DNA of 64,000 nucleotides, taken from the IMG/VR virus record IMGVR_UViG_3300023194_000002, positions 1 through 64,000 of that record; one strand, given 5' to 3'. A program made the position numbers and the translations under genes. Below, piece after piece: positions 38,912 through 46,351 of the stretch (position 1 is its first letter; each line of letters starts with the position of its first letter). Below the pieces are notes generated by a model that saw only the letters and a program-made list of their open reading frames with translations, ran no database searches and was not told where the DNA came from. The stretch comes from a virus (taxonomy: Duplodnaviria > Caudoviricetes).

Positions 38912-39339
38912 GCAGCGCTGAGCCGCGATTCCTGACGCTGGACGACGTGCTGCGTCTTCATACGTGGCAGCTAGAGCAGTACGGCGGAAGCGCCGGTGTG
39001 CGCGATCAGGGGCTGCTCGAAGCAGCGATCGCGCAGCCTCAGGCAGGCTTTGGCGGTGAATATCTGCACGCTGACATCTGGGAGATGGCCGCGGCATACC
39101 TGTTCCACATCGTACAGAACCATCCCTTCATCGATGGAAACAAGCGCGCGGGCCTATACTCAGCGCTTGTGTTTCTGGACGTGAACAGGCACTCGCCAAT
39201 CGGTTGGTCCAATGCCGAGATGTTCGCGCTCACCGTGCGCGTCGCATCTGGCGAACTCCACAAGCCTGGAGTCGCCGACGCATTTAGGCGCCTGGGGGTG
39301 CTTGAACGTCCCCCCCAGGTTCCTCTCCTCTGCCGATAA
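38908..39339 (+). CDS. doc: Doc/Fic family toxin
   Basis: HPFIDGNKRAG Fic motif; GVRDQGLLEAAIAQP. Confidence 0.9.
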   Translation: MSSAEPRFLTLDDVLRLHTWQLEQYGGSAGVRDQGLLEAAIAQPQAGFGGEYLHADIWEMAAAYLFHIVQNHPFIDGNKRAGLYSALVFLDVNRHSPIGWSNAEMFALTVRVASGELHKPGVADAFRRLGVLERPPQVPLLCR

Positions 39340-39416
39340 TGTGTCTCAAACCCCGTTATAACGGGTTTGGAGACATCTTTCCGACGGAGGAGGGGAATCG
39401 TGCCCGGGGGAGACGT
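39306..39416. repeat. Long imperfect hairpin element, copy 1
   Basis: Near-palindromic core TGTCTCAAACCCCGTTATAACGGGTTTGGAGACA with paired purine/pyrimidine flanks; shares exact blocks with 42596-42703. Confidence 0.8.
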
Positions 39417-39422
39417 GCCGGC

Positions 39423-40538
39423 CTACCGCCCGATGAGCACGCGGCGACGACGGGTCACGGGGTCCACCGTGCTCACCACGCCCGCGGCTTCCAGGCGAGC
39501 CACCAGGGGGTAGACACGGTCCCCCAGCATGAGCTTGCGCTCCAGCCAGGAGGGCGTGAACGCGTGCATCCCCTGGAGCAGCAGGATCGCCTTCGCGTAC
39601 AGGGCATCATCAGCCGCGGTGTAGGTGGGCGTCGACGGCGGAGACATCAGCAGGGGTAACTGCTGTGGGGTTGCCTGGTCAGCGGACGAGGCGAGCGCGG
39701 CTGGGGGAGTGGTTGCTACGGGGACCAGGGCAGGCACCGGTGCAGGGGCAGCCACCCTCTTCATCAGGGCATCCAGTTCATCGACCGACGCGATGCACCA
39801 CTCGCGTGCACCCTGTAGGGCAGCGATGCCAGTCGAGGTGGCCAGTAGGCGATGGCGGATGCGCTGGATGGACTCCACGTCCGGAGCAGGTGCGGGTGGG
39901 GTTGGTGGTGCAGGGGGTGCCGGTGCTCTGACCAGCACGCGGGAGAACGTGCCTCTGGGCGCCAACTCGACGATGCCGTCGCTGATGAGGCGGCGGAAGA
40001 TGCGCTGTCCTCGGCCCGACCCAACGTGGAAGGTGCGCTTCAGCCACTCGCACGAGACCGTCTCTCGCGTCTTCACCACGGCCACGACCTGCTCGTAGAG
40101 GGGGTCGGAGGCGGGCGGAGTCGAAGCCCTGAGCGCCGGGGGAGTGGTGGGCTGGATGGCAGTGTTTGCGGACTGGGCGCGCAGGGCGCGCTTGATCACG
40201 TCTCGTGCCCAAGCGCGGAACGCATGCGCTTCCGGCGACTTCACGCGCCACATCACGTCGATCACGACGTCCGATGCGTAGTGCTTCGTGCGGTAGGCTT
40301 TGCCGTCCGCGGCAGTGCACAAGTATTCCTTGTGAACTGAATCCCAAGCACTTCCATACAGTTCTGAGATCGACCTCAGATGCAGAGCGATGTTCTGCTG
40401 TGTCGTACCGCTCATCTGGGCCATTTGGGCCTGGGTTGGCCAGAGCTCATCTGCCTCCCAGCGCACTGCCACCACGGCGCCGGTCTGCATGCTGTACTCG
40501 TACGTCACGACTTCCGTGGTACCAATCGTCTCACTCAT
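39423..40538 (-). CDS. RhuM-like DNA-binding protein with two FtsK-gamma-like domains
   Basis: LWPTQAQMAQMSGTTQQNIALHL..VKSPEAHAFRAWA; DPLYEQVV..CEWLKRTFHVGSGRGQRI; DDALYAKAI..SWLERKLML. Confidence 0.8.
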   Translation of the reverse strand: MSETIGTTEVVTYEYSMQTGAVVAVRWEADELWPTQAQMAQMSGTTQQNIALHLRSISELYGSAWDSVHKEYLCTAADGKAYRTKHYASDVVIDVMWRVKSPEAHAFRAWARDVIKRALRAQSANTAIQPTTPPALRASTPPASDPLYEQVVAVVKTRETVSCEWLKRTFHVGSGRGQRIFRRLISDGIVELAPRGTFSRVLVRAPAPPAPPTPPAPAPDVESIQRIRHRLLATSTGIAALQGAREWCIASVDELDALMKRVAAPAPVPALVPVATTPPAALASSADQATPQQLPLLMSPPSTPTYTAADDALYAKAILLLQGMHAFTPSWLERKLMLGDRVYPLVARLEAAGVVSTVDPVTRRRRVLIGR

Positions 40539-40606
40539 AGGAGTTTCCTTCCTCGTGGGTCACGACCCGGGCGATGGCCGTCGCGCCGGGTCATTTCATA
40601 CGAGCA

Positions 40607-40670
40607 CTTTTTCATACGTAAAAGTTACGCGCAATGAGGCGCGTGATTTTTACGTATGAAAAAGTTACGC
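40607..40670. promoter_or_regulatory. Operator-like 17-bp inverted repeat between divergent genes
   Basis: CTTTTTCATACGTAAAA (40607-40623) / TTTTACGTATGAAAAAG (40648-40664); direct repeat AAAAGTTACGC. Confidence 0.7.
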
Positions 40671-40891
40671 TGTTCGCTGTGGCTGCGAAGAAAAAGCCGA
40701 CAAAGCGCATGGGAAGGCCCGCCGTTCCAGACGATCAGCGTCTGACGGTGCAGATTGGCCTGAACATGACCCAATCCGACTGGGAACTGCTTGAGTCAAC
40801 GGCTGAAGAGCGAGGCGTCCGTCCGGCTGAGCTACTGAGGCAGCTGATACGCGGGCTCACGAAGCAGAAGGCGGGCAGTCCCACCCGCTGA
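40634..40891 (+). CDS. Ribbon-helix-helix regulator (start uncertain)
   Basis: GRPAVPDDQRLTVQIGLNMTQSDWELLE...RPAELLRQLI. Confidence 0.65.
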   Translation: MRRVIFTYEKVTLFAVAAKKKPTKRMGRPAVPDDQRLTVQIGLNMTQSDWELLESTAEERGVRPAELLRQLIRGLTKQKAGSPTR

Positions 40892-41002
40892 AAAATTCAG
40901 CCCGACGTCGAATTGATTGGCGCGGCTAGCAATAATTCCCTGATGGTCGCCCGGGTATTTTTACGCTCGTCGTGGAAACGGAACCGACGAACGAGGGAAC
41001 CT

Positions 41003-41188
41003 ATGGCTTTGGTGAAATGCGGCGAATGCAAGGGGCAGATCAGCACAAACGCTAAAGCGTGTCCGCACTGCGGTTCGCGGCTCAGCCCAATCACGTCGAG
41101 CATGAACCGGTTGGGCTGGGACATGATGAAGCTCGCGGTTCTTCTGGTGCTGGGGTTTTTCGCGCTGATCGTGTTTGGTAAACGCTGA
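41003..41188 (+). CDS. Zinc-ribbon membrane protein
   Basis: MALVKCGECKGQISTNAKACPHCG plus C-terminal TM. Confidence 0.75.
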   Translation: MALVKCGECKGQISTNAKACPHCGSRLSPITSSMNRLGWDMMKLAVLLVLGFFALIVFGKR

Positions 41189-41333
41189 CCAGCGGTAGCC
41201 GTGCTGGCGCGGGGGAGAGGTCCTTCGCAGCACGCAACTATGCGTATTAGCCCGCCGCCGAGCGTGGCGTCACGCCGGCGGAAGTGATCCGCCAGTGTGT
41301 ACGCGCACAGCTATCGCGCAGCTTCTAGCTCAC

Positions 41334-41597
41334 TCACCATTCATCCCGATCTTTTGGGCGCGTTATGAGCCCGTGCTCGAGCATGTGCTCGAACCACTCC
41401 TTGAAAGCGCGATGCGTATCCGCAAGCCTTTGAATCCCGGCGTTTAACTCAACCAGCTGCTCGATCAGAGCGACCTTCCAGTCCGCATCCAAACGCCTCT
41501 CGTATTCTGCGGCCTTGCTGGCGTCGCTTATCGCTTCCTGAACGTCAGCGAGCGTTTCCCGCAGACTTTCGAGTGGAATCTTCTCTTCATCCGACAT
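41334..41597 (-). CDS. Hypothetical coiled-coil protein
   Basis: MSDEEKIPLESLRETL...; helical. Confidence 0.55.
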   Translation of the reverse strand: MSDEEKIPLESLRETLADVQEAISDASKAAEYERRLDADWKVALIEQLVELNAGIQRLADTHRAFKEWFEHMLEHGLITRPKDRDEW

Positions 41598-41731
41598 CCC
41601 GCCATGGTCACGGATCAAGCGTGATCCGATCCATCGGTGGTTAGCTCGCATTTTCGCCGCCATATGAGGCCGCGGCACTAGGGAAGAGGTGGCAGGTTGC
41701 GAGCTACTAGCCACCTAGTACACTGCCGGGT

Positions 41732-41971
41732 ATGAGCCGCACCACCAGCTACACCCTGGGCCCCGACCTCGACACCTTCGTTCAGGAGCAGGTTGACAGC
41801 GGCGCATTCAAGTCGGCCAGCGAGGTTGTGCGCGCTGCTCTACGCGCCATGGCAGACGAGCAGCAGAAGGCCGCAGCGCTGCGCGCCGCGATCGACGAGG
41901 GCCTAGCCAGCCCGCTAGCAGAGCCAGGCACCTGGGCCAGGGTCCGGGCAGCTGCGCAGGCGAAGCGGTGA
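41732..41971 (+). CDS. parD: ParD-type antitoxin (RHH)
   Basis: FVQEQVDSGAFKSASEVVRAALR, ALRAAIDEGLAS. Confidence 0.9.
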   Translation: MSRTTSYTLGPDLDTFVQEQVDSGAFKSASEVVRAALRAMADEQQKAAALRAAIDEGLASPLAEPGTWARVRAAAQAKR

Positions 41972-42255
41972 ACGTCCGTTACACGCGTCGCGCAGAGGAC
42001 GATCTCGTTGAGATCGGCGTCTACACGCTGATCGAGTGGGGGCCCGAGCAGCGCGACAAGTACCTCGATCTGCTCGAGGCAGCGTGTGAGCGCATCATTC
42101 CGCGCAACCTCAAGCACGCGCGTGACGTCCCTGGGTACGAGGGACTGCTGCGCTGGCGCTGCGAGCGACATGTGATCGTTTTCCGCCGCGTGTCAGACGG
42201 CATTGAAATTGTGCGTGTGCTCCACGAGCGCATGCTGCCGTCCAAGCATCTATGA
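41968..42255 (+). CDS. parE: ParE/RelE family toxin
   Basis: YTRRAEDDLVEI...WGPEQRDKY...HVIVFR...IVRVLHERM. Confidence 0.9.
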   Translation: MNVRYTRRAEDDLVEIGVYTLIEWGPEQRDKYLDLLEAACERIIPRNLKHARDVPGYEGLLRWRCERHVIVFRRVSDGIEIVRVLHERMLPSKHL

Positions 42256-42584
42256 GGAGACAGGCGCTCTATATGGTGGGAATGGACACTGAGAAGCCTT
42301 CAGTCTACGTCGTCGCGGCAATCGACTACGACGCGCGATGGACCATCGCCGTGTACACGACGTTAGCCGCGGCCGAGCAGCACCAGGCCGAGGCTGAACG
42401 GCTCGTGAGCGAGCTGGCCGAGCTCCGAGGTCGTGGCATTGACACGGTCGAAAGCCTGGAACTCCTACCCAGGGTCAAGAGCGTCCTGAATAGACCATGG
42501 GACCCGGGCACGCCGTCCATCGAGATCGATGAGATGGAGTTGCGCGATGCGGTGCCGTGGTCGGAGCAACCAGCCGGCGAGTGA
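42252..42584 (+). CDS. Hypothetical protein
   Basis: Coupled to parE; VYVV...AVYTTLAAAE. Confidence 0.55.
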   Translation: MRRQALYMVGMDTEKPSVYVVAAIDYDARWTIAVYTTLAAAEQHQAEAERLVSELAELRGRGIDTVESLELLPRVKSVLNRPWDPGTPSIEIDEMELRDAVPWSEQPAGE

Positions 42585-42595
42585 GACCCGCATCT

Positions 42596-42703
42596 CTCCC
42601 CTCCTCCACTCTCCTCTGCCGATTAAGTGTCTCTAGAGCCGTTCTGGTGGGGGTTGAAACACATTTCCGACGGAGGAGACGTGGCGCTGAGCAGGGGGAG
42701 ACG
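42596..42703. repeat. Long imperfect hairpin element, copy 2
   Basis: TCTCCTCTGCCGA, TTTCCGACGGAGGAG and GGGGGAGACG shared with copy 1; first two blocks 54 bp apart in both. Confidence 0.8.
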
Positions 42704-42734
42704 AAAAAATATTGCTGGCGCGCGCCAGCTGTGA

Positions 42735-42840
42735 GATTTATTCGTCTTGCTTGCGCGGCCCCATTGAGGCGTTTCGAACCGCTACCCGCATCCGCGCAAA
42801 TTTGCAGTCATCCGCAGTTCAGCTGCGGCCCCATTGAGAC
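42735..42840 (+). CRISPR. Mini-CRISPR array (degenerate repeat - 36-nt spacer - repeat), type I-G-like repeat, no cas genes in window
   Basis: GCGGCCCCATTGAG at 42755 and 42825 (70-bp period); second repeat GTCATCCGCAGTTCAGCTGCGGCCCCATTGAGAC has a CCGCAG/CTGCGG stem. Confidence 0.75.
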
Positions 42841-42853
42841 ACGCTAAATTGAC

Positions 42854-42883
42854 AAAGCCCGCTCAACTTTGAGCGGGCTTTTT
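42854..42883. terminator. Bidirectional rho-independent terminator
   Basis: AAAGCCCGCTCAA-CT-TTGAGCGGGCTTTTT. Confidence 0.85.
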
Positions 42884-42894
42884 GCGTTATGGGG

Positions 42895-43662
42895 TCACTG
42901 GGATCTCCCTCCGTACCACATCAGCGGAGGTGGTCTCGTCGGCCGGCGAGTGTCGACCCAGCGCCGCCCGATCAGATGCAGCGCTAGGTGGATGCGCCAC
43001 TCGCCGCGGTGCTCCAGGGTCAGCGTGAGCGGCCTCTGCGCGTGCACCACCTCGACGCCCGCGAGCACCAGCCCGGCCCGATCAAGCGTCTCCGCGGTAT
43101 AGCGCTCGATGTACGCGCGCTCCGTCGGCGTGGTCTCGCGTGACTCGCCGGGTCTGATCTCAGCCAACGGCTCCGGGCCGAGTTCGACGGGCCACAGCAC
43201 CATCAGCTCGATGCCGCCGACGCGATCGGCCTCCTTTGCCTGACGTCGTGAGAGCGTCAGGGGCTGCATAATCTGCGCCCGCACTGGTGCCCGCACAGCC
43301 GGCGGTGCGTCGTCATCCGCCGGCCAAAGCCTATCTGCGAGCGTACGAGCGGTCGCGAGATCTCCACCGCGCACCGCGTCCACCAGCTCCATCACGATGT
43401 GCTGGTGGCGCGCTGCGCTCTGCGCTGCTGACTCAGACTGCGTCGCCTGGCCGCACGCATGGCAGCGTCGCAGGCCTTCGCTACGCGGTCGACCACGTGG
43501 CTGACCGGTGATGCGCGCAGGTCGCAGTGCGGCGTAGACCGTGCTGCGTGGGTGGCCCTCATCGATGCGAGCGCGTATCCACGCAGCGCGGTCTGCGCGC
43601 GACATGTGAGCGACCCCGTCGCGTTTGGCGAGGTCGCGGAGTGATGTCGGTGGTGAGGTCAT
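42895..43662 (-). CDS. Hypothetical protein with N-terminal HTH-like region and CxxC
   Basis: SLRDLAKRDG..PRSTVYAAL..GRPR..CHACG. Confidence 0.55.
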   Translation of the reverse strand: MTSPPTSLRDLAKRDGVAHMSRADRAAWIRARIDEGHPRSTVYAALRPARITGQPRGRPRSEGLRRCHACGQATQSESAAQSAARHQHIVMELVDAVRGGDLATARTLADRLWPADDDAPPAVRAPVRAQIMQPLTLSRRQAKEADRVGGIELMVLWPVELGPEPLAEIRPGESRETTPTERAYIERYTAETLDRAGLVLAGVEVVHAQRPLTLTLEHRGEWRIHLALHLIGRRWVDTRRPTRPPPLMWYGGRSQ

Positions 43663-43958
43663 GCGCGCTCACGCAGATCGACGGGACGGCACTCCGCGCG
43701 GTACATCCCGCGCGGATAGAGCCATCTCTCGGGCTCATCGGCTGGAATCGTGAGGTCCACGCTCTGAACTGCCAGGCCATCTGGCCCAGTGCACCGCAGA
43801 GCGGCCACGTTACGGATGAGATCGTCAGGCATCCAGACGATATCCACTATCGCCAGGCCGTACTTAGCGAGGTCGGCCTCGACACGCGCGCGATGCGAGC
43901 GTGCCCACGACGCTGGAGCCTCCACACAGTATGTGAGAGTGCCGCGGAAATCAGGCAT
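43659..43958 (-). CDS. Hypothetical protein
   Basis: Coupled ORF. Confidence 0.5.
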   Translation of the reverse strand: MPDFRGTLTYCVEAPASWARSHRARVEADLAKYGLAIVDIVWMPDDLIRNVAALRCTGPDGLAVQSVDLTIPADEPERWLYPRGMYRAECRPVDLRERA

Positions 43959-44015
43959 GATCGTAAACCTCTCTCAGCTGAACGCTAGCGACATGCTATC
44001 GGCAGCTGTGTGAGG

Positions 44016-44046
44016 GCGACCTAACAGGTAGACACTGTTAGGTCGC
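44016..44046. promoter_or_regulatory. 12-bp perfect inverted repeat
   Basis: GCGACCTAACAG-GTAGACA-CTGTTAGGTCGC in intergenic gap. Confidence 0.6.
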
Positions 44047-44052
44047 GTGCGC

Positions 44053-44481
44053 CTACCACCAGCGCGGGTCCTCGCCGCCTGAGATCCTCTCTGCATCCTC
44101 CCACGTGAATGGCTTGTATCCTGGCAAAGTGCGTTCGTGGCGCACTTTGCATCCCTGGATCACGCACCGATCGGCGCGATTTTGCAGTGCCTCCCGTGCA
44201 CGCTGCAGTTCCGTCGACGACATGTCAGACGCTGCGACACGAGGTCCTGGATACCGCCCACGTCTCGGGCCGAGGGCCTCCGCCACGCTGACAATGCCAC
44301 GTTCGTCAACCTTGCCCACGAACTGCCAGTCTCGTGGGCCTTCCTCAACGATTCTATCGCTGTAGCAGCGATAGAGCTCTTTCAGAGCCGGATCTACAAA
44401 CCCCGCGTAGCAGGGCTGCCAGTCTGGCAAACGCGATAACCGCGCCAAGGTATGACTGTAGTCAGGCACATGCCCCTCCAT
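44053..44481 (-). CDS. Hypothetical protein
   Basis: 142-aa ORF; no family recognised. Confidence 0.45.
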   Translation of the reverse strand: MEGHVPDYSHTLARLSRLPDWQPCYAGFVDPALKELYRCYSDRIVEEGPRDWQFVGKVDERGIVSVAEALGPRRGRYPGPRVAASDMSSTELQRAREALQNRADRCVIQGCKVRHERTLPGYKPFTWEDAERISGGEDPRWW

Positions 44482-44539
44482 TTATGCGAGCCTGAATGCT
44501 CGGCTGAGGCATCTCCGCAGAGATGCCAGCGCCCAGCTG

Positions 44540-45007
44540 TCAGGTCTCGTGGTCGTCGCCCCAGTAGTCGTCGTCCCACGCGTCGTGATACGCGTTGTCC
44601 CAGTTTTCCGCGCCCTCCCATGAGAGAGCGCAGTGAACCGAGATGTGCTTATTGGTGTCGTCGGCTGTTAGGCCTTCTGCGGCCAATGCCACGGTCAGCG
44701 CCGACTCGGCGCTGTCGGCGATCAGCTGATAGGAGTGAACATCGAGCGCCGTGACGTTGCCAGCGCCGATGTTCAGTTCAAAACGCGACCTCACGGTCAC
44801 GTCCCAGAGCCGAGGCTCTTGCGAGCCTTTGAGGCTGCCGCGCGCCTCAAAGACACGCGCGGCAAACTTCTGTAGCCGCACTTCTCGCGACTCCGAGGAG
44901 TCGCTGAAGTCAGCCAGCTGACGCGAATACTCCGCGTCAGCTGCCGCGACCGCGCGCGCTAGCGGGCCGGGAACGTATGCAATCGGCGCTGATGATGTGT
45001 AAGCCAT
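44540..45007 (-). CDS. Hypothetical acidic protein
   Basis: Coupled to upstream gene; Asp/Trp-rich end. Confidence 0.6.
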   Translation of the reverse strand: MAYTSSAPIAYVPGPLARAVAAADAEYSRQLADFSDSSESREVRLQKFAARVFEARGSLKGSQEPRLWDVTVRSRFELNIGAGNVTALDVHSYQLIADSAESALTVALAAEGLTADDTNKHISVHCALSWEGAENWDNAYHDAWDDDYWGDDHET

Positions 45008-46137
45008 CAGACCGCCTCTTCGCCGGACTCGGCATCACCCAGCACGGGGTGACACATGAGGTGCACGAGCGCGTTCGGCGTGCTCGTGCGCAGCGCGTCG
45101 TACCAGGCTTCGATGACGCGCTCTGCGTCGACGCGATCGTCGAAGCGGTCGCCGACCTCCGGCGCACCGCCGTCGGGATCAATCCACAGCACGCAGTACG
45201 TGCCGTCTGCAGAAGCGCGACCTTTCGCCTCTTCGGTGAGGCGCGCCTCCATGGCCTCGGCGTCTTCGCCAGCCAGGGCTTCATCTTGCCCGCTGGCGTA
45301 CTCCTCGCCAGCGGCGACTGCCACGTCGCGGTCGAGGAATACGTGTGTACCGTCGATGTCCCCATAGGAGCCATCGTCGGCCCAGTACACGCGGTAGATG
45401 GTGAGCCCATCGACGTCGGCACTCTCGATGTAGACGTTGACGTCGCCGGGCTCGACGCCCTGCGCACCGTAGCAGCAGGATACGAAGCTCGCGATCGCCT
45501 TCTTATTCCGCCGATCCCAGTCGGCGCGATCGGCGAGCTCGTCAAGCTCCTCGGGCTCGACGTACTCGGCGTCGTGCTCCAGGTCGGCGTCTGCGCGGTC
45601 AAATCCCACCGCGTGTTGATGCAGGTTGGCGAGCGTCTGCGCTCGCTCGCGTGCCGCGTCCTCGTCGCCGTGAAGGCGGTGGAGGTGAGGGGCGCGCTCT
45701 AGGTAGTGACCATCCGCGTCAAAGAACGCCCAGTCGCACGGCGCGTCGTCGTCATCGCCGGATGAATCCTCCGGCTCCTCATCCGTGAGATCCGCGGGAT
45801 CCGCGGGCGTGGTAACGCCGCTATCCCACGCGACCATCACAGTAGCATCGTCAACAAGCTCCGTGACACGACCCCACTCGGAGTCGTGTCCAGCCTCGAC
45901 GAACACACGGTCGCCGACAACGAAACGATGCGTCACCATGCCAGCGACGCGACGACGGGCGACATCAGCATCGAGCGCGTCAACCTGCGCGCTCTCGACC
46001 GCGTCAAGCGCGAAGTCATCGCAGTTCTCATCGAGAGCACGGGCCGCAATCGCGGCGCCTAGGATGTCACCGGCCGATCCGGCGGCGGTGCGAAAGGACT
46101 CGATGGCGGCGTCGGAAATGGTAGCGTACTTGGACAT
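45007..46137 (-). CDS. Hypothetical highly acidic multidomain protein
   Basis: Asp/Glu-rich; SH3/KOW-like FVVGDRVFV..WGRV..VMVAWD; AGGAAGG RBS. Confidence 0.7.
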   Translation of the reverse strand: MSKYATISDAAIESFRTAAGSAGDILGAAIAARALDENCDDFALDAVESAQVDALDADVARRRVAGMVTHRFVVGDRVFVEAGHDSEWGRVTELVDDATVMVAWDSGVTTPADPADLTDEEPEDSSGDDDDAPCDWAFFDADGHYLERAPHLHRLHGDEDAARERAQTLANLHQHAVGFDRADADLEHDAEYVEPEELDELADRADWDRRNKKAIASFVSCCYGAQGVEPGDVNVYIESADVDGLTIYRVYWADDGSYGDIDGTHVFLDRDVAVAAGEEYASGQDEALAGEDAEAMEARLTEEAKGRASADGTYCVLWIDPDGGAPEVGDRFDDRVDAERVIEAWYDALRTSTPNALVHLMCHPVLGDAESGEEAV

Positions 46138-46246
46138 GGGAGATTCCTTCCTGTGTCGGGGTCAGGGTGTTGGTAGCGCCGCTGGCCCGTTTTCTTGTCG
46201 GCGGCTTCAGCGCCGCGTCGATGAGAAGACTATGCATCAGGCCTTC

Positions 46247-46288
46247 GCGTTTGTCTACAGATTTTCAGAAAAATCTGTAGACAAACGC
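46247..46288. promoter_or_regulatory. 19-bp perfect inverted repeat (operator or hairpin)
   Basis: GCGTTTGTCTACAGATTTT-CAGA-AAAATCTGTAGACAAACGC. Confidence 0.75.
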
Positions 46289-46351
46289 AAGTCATGCCGA
46301 TTTCATTAAAGATTTAGCCACGCGACGAGCGCGCGCTCGGGCATGCGAGCC

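Noticed and set aside
37920-40200. Frequent CAGGGC hexamers as translocase-loading repeats
   Set aside because: Nearly all are in-frame GCC CTG (Ala-Leu) codons of minus-strand genes; a codon-usage effect
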